Position numbers and translations under genes: made by a program. 64,000 bases of DNA from Eledone cirrhosa (lineage: Eukaryota), in NCBI GenBank assembly GCA_964016885.1, contig OZ024745.1, forward strand, positions 113,088,001-113,152,000, in the 5' to 3' direction. The notes under the pieces are model-generated. The model saw only the letters and a program-made list of their open reading frames with translations. It did not search any database and was not told where the DNA came from. Below, piece by piece: positions 1 through 13,951 of this stretch; the stretch's first letter is position 1, and the number at the start of each line of letters is the position of its first letter.

Positions 1-586
1 ATCCACTGTTTGAATCTACTGCATAACTTCACTGGTTCAACCACGTTAAATCCATGTGCTTTTTCTCGCGTGTCGTATAAAATAACATTTACAAATCAGA
101 AAATTTTAGGATTGTTAAAAAATTCTCATCAAAATAATTGGCAAATATATTGGAACCACATTGTTTACGTTATAATTTTCATTTAAAGTTCTGTAATCCC
201 GTTGTATAACCCCCATTTCGATACTACATATTCTTACAATAATTCTCACCAATCCTGGAGTTGAGGCCGGGGCATATTATTCACTGACTTTATTAATCTC
301 CATATAAGAGAAATGAATTTTTGTAACAACTTTTTTCTAATTTCCTGCCTCTGAAAACAGTTATTCTTTATAGGTTTGCAGTATTTGATAACTGAAATTA
401 TATAGTGAGAAGGTTATTACGTTTTCACTTTCAGGAAATTTGAGATAGGAAAAATGATATCTAGAAAATGATGACTACTGATGGGAATATAATATATGAC
501 TACTGATGGGAATATAATATTGATATTCGTTGTATGTATTGATATCTAGTTGGGTGGGAAATACGCTGGTTGAATCACCCGTTAAG

Positions 587-646
<60 letters not shown>

Positions 647-652
<6 letters not shown>

Positions 653-880
653 AAAAAATATGCACCTGCTGATTATATCGGACCATATTCTATATTTATA
701 TTGCTGTGCCTCAGGTTTCAGACTTTTATTGATACATTCTTTTTCCTAAGGAAAATTCAGCTGATAAGGTATGTTTCCTTGGCTATGTCGACATTTATAA
801 ACGCTCTTTGTATTTTATCTGATGAAAGCGTACCAAAGTTTTTGGTACCCTTGAAATATATATAATAGAATAAATATGGT
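647..880 (+). mobile_element. PLE 3'-terminal fragment (family A) next to (TA)n
   Basis: Similar to 4740-4885 and to the reverse complement of 45332-45518; carries an HHR; abuts (TA)n at 588-646. Confidence 0.65.
811..872 (+). ncRNA. Minimal type I hammerhead ribozyme (PLE tail family A)
   Basis: TATTTTAT-CTGATGA-AAGcGTACCAA(agttt)TTGGTACcCTT-GAAA-TATATA-TA-ATAGAATA: 8-bp stem I, intact core, stem II, palindromic stem III, AUA cleavage triplet. Confidence 0.85.
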
Positions 881-1360
881 GTGTGAGGTACTCTAGGAAC
901 GTAACTGCATTAGTCTTCGGGTGTGCTAGCGGGAAGTCTACCATCTTCGACAGGACATCGTCTATACCAAACGAATACGAAACGAATACTATTAATTGAC
1001 ACAGGAGGGGCTTATTTACGTGCCAGTAGAAGGAGGCATGATACAGCTAATAGTTATGCTTAGGCCTAGAGTTTATAGGTATAATATGGCGGTCAAAACA
1101 GACGGCGCGGCGCGCCCCGGGGCGAAGCGAACCGCCCCGAGTAATTTCGTTTACCGAAAGAGGGGAAATTTATTTTTCCAAGCACTCAAGGAAGGCTGAA
1201 CTACCCGAGTGCCCGGCGCGCAGCCGGGAAAGCCACCATATCAGTCGAAAGTGGCAAAACCCGATGAGATACGCCAATAGACTATATCTAAGTCCCAGTT
1301 AGTCCGGGTTATAAGAAGTGTGGTTCTTTGGTGGGTAGGTGGTTATGATAGGTGCATAAT

Positions 1361-1975
<615 letters not shown>

Positions 1976-2121
1976 TTTTGAGTTTATGTTGGTTGTGTAC
2001 CAACACCTCAGTATGCAGGCTGGAGCACTCGACGAAGTGCGCAGGTTGGTTTGGTTACTCCGGAGTAGTGTAAAATAAAGTTAAATAAAAGTCAAATGAT
2101 TAAAATTTAGCTTCGTTTATT

Positions 2122-2176
2122 ACTGCTATATATATTTCAGTGACAGCCATCTTTGGCTGTGACCTCTTCAGGCAGT
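2122..2176 (-). ncRNA. Type I hammerhead ribozyme (mirror copy of 2185-2239)
   Basis: Reverse complement of 2185-2239 within the palindrome. Confidence 0.85.
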
Positions 2177-2184
2177 TTGATCAA

Positions 2185-2239
2185 ACTGCCTGAAGAGGTC
2201 ACAGCCAAAGATGGCTGTCACTGAAATATATATAGCAGT
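2185..2239 (+). ncRNA. Type I hammerhead ribozyme
   Basis: ACTGC-CTGAAGA-GGTCACAGCC(aaagat)GGCTGTCACT-GAAA-TATATA-TA-GCAGT. Confidence 0.85.
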
Positions 2240-2283
2240 AATAAACGAAGCTAAATTTTAATCATTTGACTTTTATTTAACTT

Positions 2284-2593
<310 letters not shown>

Positions 2594-2752
2594 ATATTGT
2601 TATACTTTGGGAGGGTCATGTTGCCAATAAGAAACACACGCACCAGTTGCTTTCACTTCAATTTAATTTATTATATATTTATAAATTTACAAATTTATAA
2701 ATTTCTGGTTGGTTGGTTGGTTGGTTCCACAACCAGATAGTTGTTTATATAT

Positions 2753-2797
2753 AGTCATAGTTCTTTCGTCACACACTCTGTGACCTCTTCAGTGACT
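2753..2797 (-). ncRNA. Type I hammerhead ribozyme (mirror copy, CUGAAGA core)
   Basis: Reverse complement reads AGTCA-CTGAAGA-gGTCACA...TGTGAC-GAAA-GAAC-TA-TGACT; differs from the + copy at free position N7. Confidence 0.8.
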
Positions 2798-2871
2798 GGG
2801 GATTTCTTTCTTCGTTTCTGTGCCTTTCCTTTCTTCTATCCTACGGCACAGAAACGAAGAAAGAAATCCCC

Positions 2872-2916
2872 AGTCACTGATGAGGTCACAGAGTGTGTGA
2901 CGAAAGAACTATGACT
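2872..2916 (+). ncRNA. Type I hammerhead ribozyme
   Basis: AGTCA-CTGATGA-gGTCACA(gagtg)TGTGAC-GAAA-GAAC-TA-TGACT. Confidence 0.8.
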
Positions 2917-3682
2917 ATATATATATAAACAACTATCTGGTTGTGGAACCAACCAACCAACCAGAAATTTATAAATATATAATAAATTAAATTGAAGTGA
3001 AAGCAACTGGTGCGTGTGTTTCTTATTGGCAACATGACCCTCCCAAAGTATAACAATATCGGTTTCAACACACGATTTCAGATAAAGAATCTTGCTAAAC
3101 AAATTCAGAAACGAAACATGTATATATATATATATATGTATATATACTATAGAGTAAAACATGTCCAGAGAATTATTTGATAATATATATACATCATCTC
3201 TACTCCCAATCAGCATAATTAACCACACAAAAAAATCAATTAGACCAGGCTATAAGAATAAAAGGCACCACGAAGAAACAGTAAATAAATACACCAGAGC
3301 GGCGTCTTCGCGTCCAACCGCTATGGAATTTTTACCCAACATTTCAACAGCACGTGAAAATTAATTAATCATACGGTAAACCATACATAATTAGGTAAAG
3401 ATTAATGTTAGAAATGCTTATATACATACCAGGATTAAATCACTATATGTATATATATATGTATATATAATTATGTATAAATATGTATATATATATGTAT
3501 ATATATTTATATATATATTTATATATATATTTATATATGAAATTTCGTTTCATTTTTTCCGTTTATATTTATATATATATGTATATATGTATATGTATAT
3601 ATATATGTATATATGATATGTATATGTATATATATGTATATATATATATATGTATATGTATATATATATGTATATATATATA

Positions 3683-4408
3683 AATGGGAATAGAATGAAA
3701 CGAAATTTCATTTCTCACTCTTAGTACGGCACTTACTTAAATGTAAGTATGTATGTATACGTACATACATATATGTATACAGACGTACAGTAGCATGTAT
3801 ATATATATACATACAGGCATACAGGCATACATACATATATACACGTATCAGTTTACCGAACATTTATTATAATGCTCGCTTTGTTCGTTTGTAAACAAAC
3901 AAACAGCCTGAATTACGCCGTACAGTGTTTAGGCAACCACGTCACCTTTTTGTTCAACACTGACACAGGAACGATGTACTAGTTTCAAGGTTATTAGCTA
4001 TCGTCAGCACCGTATACCTTTCTGCCAGATGGTTGAACGTCCGAAAGTATATACTTTCCTTATGAAAATTAACGGCTAAGCAGCCTAATTTGCATATCGA
4101 GTGAGTTCAGTCGGCCAGGCGCACCGAAAACGATAAATGGAATAGAATGAAACGAAATTTCATTTCTCACTCTTAGTACGACACTTACTTAAATGTAAGT
4201 ATGTATGTATACGTACATACATATATGTATACAGACGTACAGTAGCATGTATATATATACATACAGGCATACATACATATATGCACGTATTAGTTTACCG
4301 AACATTTATTATAATGCTCGGTTTGTTCGTTTGTAAACAAACAAACAGCCTGAATTACGCCGTACGGTGTTTAGGCAACCACGTCACCTTTTTGTCCAAC
4401 ACTGACAC
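3683..4408. repeat. Direct duplication of ~280 bp (3683-3967 and 4136-4408) around a unique spacer
   Basis: Both copies run from AAATGG(G)AATAGAATGAAACGAAATTTC to CAACACTGACAC. Confidence 0.9.
3971..4013 (-). ncRNA. Type I hammerhead ribozyme with decayed stem II
   Basis: Reverse complement: ACGGTG-CTGACGA-TAGCT(aata)ACCTT-GAAA-CTAG-TA-CATCGT; 6-bp stem I, palindromic stem III, GUA triplet. Confidence 0.7.
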
Positions 4409-4739
4409 TATATATGTATATATATATAATTCATATTTGTTTATATAAACAATCAATGCATACGCACATTATTAATATATAGAGAGATATTTATATACTA
4501 ATGTAATAAGATAAAAATACTTACAACCATGACTCTTCATATAATTTTATAACTCATAATATAGGTAACAAAAATCCTTTCCCCCAAATTAACGTTATTC
4601 TTTTCTCTTTGCCTTCTTTCTTATCATAAAAAATTTTCCATAGCGTCTAAAATAACGTTTTTTTCAGCTCTTTAATATTCATATCATTTGCATAATCATA
4701 TTAATAATTTTAAATATCTGACTTTTCTTCTCTCTTCCC

Positions 4740-5005
4740 TTCACTTTCCAGGGATAACTTGAACCATTAAGGTATATTATCCTTGGTCATGTCAAATATT
4801 TATAAAACATTTTGTATTTTATTTGATGATAGCGTACCAAAATTTTTGGTACCCTTGAAATATATATAATAGAATAAATATGGTTTTATAAATATAGTTT
4901 CCATTTATATAATATCAATTGAATACTTACTCCAAAAACTTGTCGAGTGCTTTGAATCAGTTGTAAACATCTATATTTGTTGGATTTCCAACAAATTGAA
5001 TATCT

Positions 5006-5008
<3 letters not shown>
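4740..5008 (+). mobile_element. PLE 3'-terminal fragment (family A) with mutated HHR at 4815-4876
   Basis: Near copy of 811-872 but the core reads TTGATGA; continues through the bulged-stem motif and terminal hairpin into (TA)n. Confidence 0.7.
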
Positions 5009-5046
<38 letters not shown>

Positions 5047-5380
5047 AATTTTCCTGGCCAAAGATGATAGCATAATTGTTTATATTCTGTTTATATTTAT
5101 CCTAATGTTATCGCCAGCTTCTATTAAATTATCGATTCTCGTAGTTACCCAACACAAATTATGGCAAACCAATTTAGTTCAATCCAAGTTTGTGCATATA
5201 TTTTTTTATCATAGTAGCTTCGAGTGTTCACTGCATACTGCATAGCCATAATCAGATAATTTAATACATAAAGATATACACGTAAATAAGTAAATATAAA
5301 TGTTAATATTTAAATAAATATCAATATCTTGCCCACGCTTTTAAGCGATTCAGATAACATTGTATTATCTTTAGCGATAT

Positions 5381-5598
5381 AGAGGGCTGTAGATTGGCAG
5401 TATTGGTAGAGCGTCAGGCATGCTCTGTTGTATATAGTTACGTCCCTTTACGTTCTGAGTTATTATCCCACCGAGGTGAGCATTACCTTTCATCCTTATC
5501 GGGTTGATAAGATTAAAGAACCAATAAAGCACCAGGGTCGATTTAATTGACTTTCCCCTACTTCCAATTTGTTAGGCTTGTACCTAAATAAAAAACCA
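5381..5598 (+). mobile_element. tRNA-derived SINE family 1 (long form)
   Basis: A/B-box-like head, CCTTTCATCCTT..GGGTTGATAA core, flanking direct repeat ATTATCTTTAGYGATA. Confidence 0.85.
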
Positions 5599-6976
5599 TT
5601 ATCTTTAGTGATAAAAAGGAATTGTTTATTTCAAAGTGATGATATATTCTAGGCAATTCTTTTCTTTTTACTACTACTTATCAACTTGCAGTTTTTGTAT
5701 TACTATTCTCATTAAATCAAAAATTATCGACGTAAACATCAAAGATAAAATAGTGTTGACTTTATTGATTACCAAAACACTGAAATACTATGATAATCAA
5801 GCGATGGTTATAAGCGATGAATGAAAATCAGAGAGGTAACAGAGCAGTCAGCTATCACCTGGAATAATCAATTTATGACAGTTTATTGCTCGTACCGTAA
5901 AATCAATTAAAATTCTACTTTTGGGGTTGCGCAATGTCAAATGTCGATTTGCTTTCAATACCAGGTTGAATGCATTTTTGTTTATTTCATTCTCTCTGTA
6001 AATCTTCTGTGGAACACAGAACCATCATACATTGCCAATTCTAGTCTATTGAAAATCGAATGTATTGCTTTGAACATATTATGATAAAAAAATAATTTGT
6101 ATTAGCTGTTGTTATTTTTGTTTAACCCCAGGCAGATTATTATTAATACGACTCTAGGTACAGAGTTTTTAAGAATAAATTATTCAATGTGGGTGATGTC
6201 AAAAACAGTATATGTATGACAAAAGAAGAACATTATAGGAAATACCATATGTAAGAACGTACACTATATAATTACTGATTTCCCAAGTCCCTCCCCCCCT
6301 TCTATTATTTTTGATCCGAGAGTGCCACCAAACACTCCCCTCTATGTCCATCAAAAAGAAAAAAAACACTCTTTTAATCACCCTATCTGTATCTACGAAA
6401 ACCAAAATCTACCACTCTCTAAATTTACCATCACATCGCCTCTCTTATCCCACTCTCTATATCTAAGACTAATACACTCTCTACACATATCTACACTTAT
6501 CTCTCCCAATACCCCTCTGAATATCAATCACTTCTAAACTCACCCTCTCTATATCTACTACACGACACTCTCCCATTATCCCTCTCTCTATGTCAATTAC
6601 CGTCAAACTCTCCTCCTCTCCATATCTACTTCACGGAACTTTCTCTCTGTATATCAATAAACATCAATCTCTCCCCCTCTCTATATCTAATATACAACAC
6701 ACTCTCTTAACCTTCCTCTCTATATCTATATCTATCTCTCCCATCTCTCTCTACATAACATGTACATAAATTGTAGCGCACATACAAATAGATGTGTGAT
6801 TTGGTAGTTTGGAGAGAAAATATATAATTATGTGTGTGTGTGTGTGGGGGGGGGGGGTCATTAAGCCCCCCCCCCCGCTCCCCTGCACTGAGAAATTTGA
6901 TAGATTGAAGGGACAGCCGGGGTGCAACAGGAAAACATGTTTATAGAGAAAAATAACAGGTCCATTTATGTTGCTA

Positions 6977-7024
<48 letters not shown>

Positions 7025-7026
<2 letters not shown>

Positions 7027-7260
7027 CCAATATTAATATGGTTCGTTGATTATTCAACAAATACAATTTTACAATAGATTAGAAGCACTCGACAAAAGAT
7101 TTTCCTGGAGTATTTACTATTATTCAAAATATTAATAAATGAAAAATATTCTCACATAATCAAAATATATATTATATTATACATATTTCAAAGGTACAAC
7201 GGTGTTTAAGTACGTTTTCATCAGACAAAATATAAGATTTGATATGCGACATACCGCTAC
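7025..7260 (-). mobile_element. PLE 3'-terminal fragment (family A-related)
   Basis: HHR followed by the same bulged stem and terminal hairpin as 4928-4994, ending at (TA)n. Confidence 0.7.
7170..7232 (-). ncRNA. Type I hammerhead ribozyme
   Basis: Reverse complement: TATTTTGT-CTGATGA-AAAcGTAC...GTACcTTT-GAAA-TATGTA-TA-ATATAATA; the AAG/CTT pairs of 811-872 are AAA/TTT here. Confidence 0.75.
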
Positions 7261-7274
7261 GGTTTTTATTATTC

Positions 7275-8083
<809 letters not shown>

Positions 8084-8464
8084 TAAAATATGGAAGAAAG
8101 AGAACAGAGAGCTTGAAAAACTGCACGAATAAACACTTCAGGGTAGGGTAATAAAAACGTTTTTAACGGATTTTTATTTCGAGACTTGAGGAAATAGTAT
8201 AAACAATTCACATTCTTAAAAGACATTTATTTATTATCCTAGAATAGCTATTTGGCTAACATAAAATTTAGTTTTAAAAAGTATGGAAATAAACGTCGAA
8301 AACAACACCGAAGGTGTAAATTTATGAAGGAAACATTCTTTTGAATTAAGTGTCGTTGAAGAACTTCATTTCTATGAAAATATTCTTGTGAAATAAATGC
8401 CTTATTTAAAAGTATAAATATACGTCTTTTAAAACGGTTTATAATTATTATTTGTTCCTGAAGT

Positions 8465-8884
8465 AGGGCGGGGTTTGGCAGTATTGGCAGAGGGTAGGAC
8501 GCCATGCTTTGTGGCATAGAGTTATGGCCCTTTATGATCTGAGTTCAAATCCAGCCGAGGTTAACTTTGTCTTTCATCCTTACGGGGTCGATAAAATAAA
8601 GCACCAGTAACGTACTGGAGTCGATTTAATCGACTTTCCCCTTCCCATAAATTACTGGCCTTGAGCCTATATTAGAAACCATTATTTGTTCCTGAAGGGC
8701 AGTGGATTGGCAGTATCAGTAAAGGGTCGGACGTCATGCTTTGACGCATAGAGTTACGGCCCTTTCCATTCTGAGTTCAAATCTCGCCGAGGTCAACTTT
8801 GCCTTTCATCCTCACGGGGTCGATAAAATAAAGTACCAGTAATGCACTGGAATAATTGCTGGCCTTGTGCCAAAAGTAGAAACA
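8465..8884 (+). mobile_element. Two tandem family-1 SINEs (long then short form)
   Basis: Both have TGGCAGTAT..G and GAGTTCAAATC boxes; three copies of 17-bp ATTATTTGTTCCTGAAG at 8447, 8681 and 8885. Confidence 0.9.
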
Positions 8885-10164
8885 ATTATTTGTTCCTGAA
8901 GTAATGTATTGCAAGATGCCGTTATTCATATTTTTTAATTTCTTAAAATACTGTTCTTGGAATTTCGAGAGTCTTTAATTTGGTGTCACTATCGTTGCTC
9001 TCTCTCTATATATAGATCAAGACATTCTCTAGACCATTGTTACAGTTTTCTTCTTGTTCATTAAGACAATTTGGCTAGAAGTCGGGCTGAACACACAGTA
9101 GAGGGTATCTAACTCGTATTGCTTTATACATATTTACAATGAGTACTATATATATTTTTCAATGTATTTCTAATAGTATTTGTGGATATCTATATGAAAT
9201 ACTCACACTCCAATGTTACATCGCACATACTCTATGCCAAGTGATCGATTCAACGATTTGTGACATATTGATAAAACACAGTATTTAACGAGGTATCGTT
9301 TCAATAATAAGCATCGTTTCATAATAGTTAGATTAACTGTCCAAACAAAATCTGAGAAATGTCTGATATATAGATATATCAGATATCTTATATCAAGATA
9401 TAGTTTCAATGATTTGTGATATATATAGTCAGAAAATGTGTGGGCTCTTCATAGTAAAGAAAGCCAATAATAAACAGCAGTCTTGTAATACCAACGGTGG
9501 TATTACTTGGTTCCATAGTTTTGATAATATACACAATTATATAATTATTCAATTTGAGAACGTTCAAATTTACTCCCGCCTATATAAACCCTACTATTTG
9601 CTACACTAGATGAGAGCGATAAAGACATATTTATGCACACTAGAAACCACCTGTATGAGTAAAACATATAACCCAAATGTTTCCGTGACATAAGTGTCGG
9701 ATCATATGGAAGTAACGATAGACACGAAGTCACATATTTAGGGAGATGGAACAGTCCAGTAATATGAAAGTCGATGTCTAAAGGGTACCAAAAATTCCGT
9801 CTAAAGTAAATAAACATTTTTCTTTTTAAAATAGGTTTTGCTATTCATATTTAGTTATTCATATTTAGTTATTCATTTGCTAGCAGATTATGTAAAGTTG
9901 TTATCTGAATTAATATATTTTTTTGATAATCGAAACAAGCTGGATCTCGAAATGAATATGAATTATTTATTTGTTTTTAATGGACCTGTAGAGAATTGGT
10001 CATGGTTATAAATGAATGGCAACTTGTTCTATTGAGTTTCTAAACGCTAACAACCATTGATTTGTTGTTACTAATTAATAACTGCAGCGGAGAATCATTC
10101 TTTCAATTTGCTGACCACCTGGAAGTTACATTATAAAAAAAGTCTAAAGTCTTTCTGGAGTGCA

Positions 10165-10410
10165 GAGGCTCATCAGCCACAGTTTCTGTGGCTTCAAATG
10201 ACTGAGAGTACAAGACTTCCCTCTAGACAGGACACCAGTCCATCGCAGCGTTAACCAATACTATTGCTGGTACACATTTTCAGCTTAGTATACTGGAGCA
10301 ACATGAAATAAAATGTTTTGCTTAACGACACAACCAAGTCAAGGAATCGAACCCAAGACATTATGATCGTAAGTTCAAAACCGTTACCCACTGGTCACGT
10401 TCCTCCATTG
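10165..10410 (-). mobile_element. tRNA-derived SINE family 2 (diverged)
   Basis: GGAATCGAACCC (B-box on -) and GGAGCAACATGAAATAAA shared with 31895-32012, 16098-16205 and 45615-45710. Confidence 0.7.
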
Positions 10411-10585
10411 TAAGTTATAGCTGGCAAATTTATGCCCGAAAAATAAAAACAAACAAACTATCAGTAACAAGAACATCAAAAATAATTTACAATTTCTCAA
10501 TTTCTTAATAACAAATTTGTATGATGTTTGTGTCCTTCTCATTCAATTATACTATCAGCAGAAATAATTCACACTATCAATCAAC

Positions 10586-10613
10586 ATATATATATATATA
10601 TGTATATATCATG

Positions 10614-10688
<75 letters not shown>

Positions 10689-10727
10689 TGTATATATATC
10701 ATGTATATATATATGTATATATATATG

Positions 10728-10760
<33 letters not shown>

Positions 10761-10787
10761 GTATATATATGTGTATGTATATATATG

Positions 10788-10826
<39 letters not shown>

Positions 10827-10925
10827 GTATATATATGTATATATATGTATATATATGTGTATGTATATATATGTATATATATGTATATATGTGTATGTAT
10901 ATATATATGTATATATATATGTATA
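10586..10925. repeat. (TA)n/(TATG) microsatellite
   Basis: Direct reading. Confidence 0.95.
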
Positions 10926-10988
10926 CGATGAAATCGAAAATGCAACTGAAGTCTTATTTTTTTAAAAAATATATATATTTATTTGGTT

Positions 10989-11026
10989 CCTTTACCGGTT
11001 TCGCAGTTCTTCTGCTTTTCAAAAGG
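10989..11026 (-). ncRNA. Type I hammerhead ribozyme, U3-A8 core variant
   Basis: Reverse complement: CCTT-TTGAAAA-GCAG(aagaa)CTGC-GAAA-CCGG-TA-AAGG; all three stems intact. Confidence 0.8.
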
Positions 11027-11545
11027 TGAGTTGAGATGGAGGGTCTGTGGTTTTTCTCACATCTGGTTGGTCTCTAAATGTTACTTGTTTTATATGGAAA
11101 AAGTGGCTCGAAAACCAGGTTTTTCGAGAAGTAATTTGATTGGTTTGTCAATAATTATAATAAATTTCGCGCCAGTTCGCGTTACAATAGTTCTTCAAAT
11201 AAGAGAGAGAGAGGGGGGGGGGTTGTCACAGGTTGTTTTTTCATATATGAGTGTTTGAATTTCTTTTTACTTGAAAAAATGAAGCTCACGAAGGCTTTTT
11301 TTTGGTTGGTTATAAATGAAATTTGGCTGTCACGTGAACAAGTTTTCATTACATTTTTGCGCCCTTATTTGGAAAACTATTCTGTAGTCTTTATAGTGAA
11401 TGTTATGACAATGGAGAGATAGTGGTCAAGGGAAAAGGGATTGGGAGAAATGTTCTGGTTCAGTGAATATGGCCAGCTGTCAGAGTTCAGGTGTCAGAGT
11501 TCAGATTTTCTATTGAGACTGAAGATATGTGTTTATTTGTGTGCT

Positions 11546-11582
<37 letters not shown>

Positions 11583-12071
11583 ATGTGTGTATTGTAAGAT
11601 GATTCTATTAGTAGAGATGGGGGAGGGAGTTGTGTGTGTGTGTATATGGGTGTTATGTGTGTGTGTGCGAGTATGTTAGATAGAGAGAATATATATTTTT
11701 TGTGTGTGTGTATATATATATATGTGTGTAGGAAAGTGGTTCTATTAGTAGAAATGGGGAGGGTGTTGTAGGTGTGGGGGTTTTTGTGTGTGTATGGGTG
11801 TTATGTGTGTGGGAGTATGGTTAGCATGTTAAGATGAAGAGAATATATATATATATATATATATTGTGTGTGTGTATGTGTGTGTGTAGGAAAATGATTC
11901 CTTTAGTAGGAGTATTTTTGAATGAACATATTTTCCTGACTTTTTCGTGTTTGCTGTTGTATTGCCAGTGCAAACGTATGTTTAAGGTTTATTTAGTTCG
12001 GGTTTTTATTTTCTAAAGTAGGTGTTATGTGTGTGTGTGTATGTCATATTGTGGTGTTGACATAATGTATA

Positions 12072-13920
12072 TTAAACCTTATTTAATGTTGGTCTATATT
12101 TTTGAATAAACATATTTTCCTTATTTATTCGCATTTGTTCTGTTGTATTGTTAGCGCAAAGGTAAAATGGGAAGACTTGGAATTTGGGTGTCTTATTACT
12201 TGCGCAAATGTCTAGATATGCACTTAGTGGTATTTGTCTCGTGGTTGGATCTCGTAATTGTTGGCGATGAACTGTCATTCTGTTTCTGAGTGTGAGTTTA
12301 GTTTGTCCTATATAATCTTCATTGCACCCTTTACATTTAATGGCATAAATTAGATTTTTTGATGAGCAAGTGAAGTGATTTTTTACAGTAAAATTTTGTC
12401 CTGATTTAAATGTATACGTGTTGCCTTCAATGAGGTGAGTGCAGGTTCCACAATTAGAGCGACCACATTTTTTGATACTTGGTTGTGGGTTTGTGGTAGG
12501 TAATTTGGCATTGGTGAGTAATGTTTTCAGTGATTTTGGTTGTCTTTTGCTTTTGATTATTTTGTGTGTTTCAAGGGCTTTTTTCATTCTTGGGTTTTGT
12601 TTTAGTAGTGGGATGTTATTGTGAATAGTGTTGTAAGCTTCCGCATTTCTTGGGTTGTGTGTTGAGATATATGATAGAATATTGGACGTACCTTGAATTT
12701 GTTTCTGTTTCCGTAATTCATCAATGCCTATTGCTTTAGCCCTTTCTATTCCATTATTTATTAGTAATAGTGGGTACTCTCTCTCAAGTAGAATTTCCTT
12801 TAATTCTTGAAGTCTTTTATTTCGCGTTTCATAATTGGAGACAATTGTGCACATTCTTCTTGCTAGGTTAAAAGGAATGTTCGTCTTCGTGTGCTTTGGA
12901 TGGTTGGAGGTGAATAGCAGATATTGTTTGGAATCTGTTGGTTTGTAGTGTATGTCAGTTTCGATATTTGTGTCTTTTTTGTGTGATTAAGATGTCCAGA
13001 AATGGGAGTTGATCTTGGCTGTATTCCATTGTGAATTGGATGTGGTTATTGATGCCGTTTATTAAGTTTTTGAAATCCTTCAGTTGGTCGAGTGTGTGGG
13101 ACCAAAGAATGAGGCAATCATCCAAGTAGCGTTTCCAATTCTCTGATAAATATTTGTGGAAGTTCAATCCGTATTTTGATTTGGACTGTTCATATATCTG
13201 GACTTCTAAGTATGCCATGACTAAGTTGGCATAAGTTGGAGCGGCTTTTGTGCCCATCGCAGTCCCCGATATTTGCTTGTAAGTATTGCCATCGAAATCA
13301 AAAAAGTTGTTCTGTAGGATGAATTTTAATCCCTCGGTGATGAAGCTTTTTTCTATTCTGTCAGGTATCTCATTGGGATATTTCTCTAGCCAGAATCCTA
13401 TTGCTTCTAGTCCGTATTGGTGTGGGATTGTTGTGTAGAGATTCACTACATCGAAAGACACAATAATAGTGTCGTTGTTGACATGTTTGGGGAGGTGGTT
13501 TAAGAGGTCCAGATCATCTCTTACAAGGCTTGGTATGTGTTTCAGTACTGGTTTCAGTAGTATGCCTATAAAGTTGCTCAATCTGTGTGTTTCACATTGT
13601 GGGCCCGCTACAATTGGTCTTAATTTAAGGTCTGTGGGGTATTGTGTGTTCACGCAGGCTGAGGTGGATTGTTTACAGGCATTGTTGATTATTTTACATT
13701 TGTGGATCTTCGGAAGTCCGTAAAGGTTGCTGGTTTTGTATTCAAAATTTGTTAAATAATCGCGTTCCTTTTTAGTTAGGTCTTCCTGGTATCGATAAAT
13801 CAGTGTGTTTAATTTGGTCATTATTTTTGATTGCTGGTAGTTTTTTACTCTTTCATAGTAATTAGCATTTTGTAAGAGAGAGAACATAGAATTTTTATAT
13901 TTTTCAGCCTCCATAATGAC
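12072..13920 (-). pseudogene. PLE reverse transcriptase / GIY-YIG endonuclease ORF with one frameshift near 12970
   Basis: YGLPKIHK, LRPIV, SFDVVNLYT, GTAMG, RYLDD, LPFLDI; next frame YKPTDSKQYL..HP, CGRSNCGTC, LIYAIKCKGCNEDYIGQT. Confidence 0.93.

Positions 13921-13951
<31 letters not shown>

Larger units (their letters stand above)
2594..3120 (+). mobile_element. Fold-back PLE 3'-end insertion (arms ~2594-2824 and ~2845-3059)
   Basis: ~220-bp imperfect inverted repeat with a ~20-nt pyrimidine loop; an HHR in each arm; unique tail ending ...GAAACATG(TA)n. Confidence 0.8.
10928..13920 (-). mobile_element. 5'-truncated Penelope-like retroelement, probably Neptune-type, inserted in (TA)n
   Basis: RT plus Cys linker plus GIY-YIG, ~1.1-kb 3' UTR with a sense-strand HHR, microsatellite at both ends. 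Confidence 0.92.

Noticed and set aside
1-480. Possible RT remnant on the - strand (FLDI)
   Set aside because: Only a 4-aa match amid many stops
470-521. Short tandem duplications (also 44052-44110 and 46206-46255)
   Set aside because: Ordinary 22-30 bp slippage duplications
1244-1300. CCGATGAG with a nearby GAAA as a hammerhead
   Set aside because: Element order and stems fit no HHR topology
4089-4096. Octamer ATTTGCAT motifs here and elsewhere
   Set aside because: Expected by chance in AT-rich DNA; no associated snRNA gene
10140-10180. Minus-strand CTGATGA..GAAA
   Set aside because: Stems I and II do not pair
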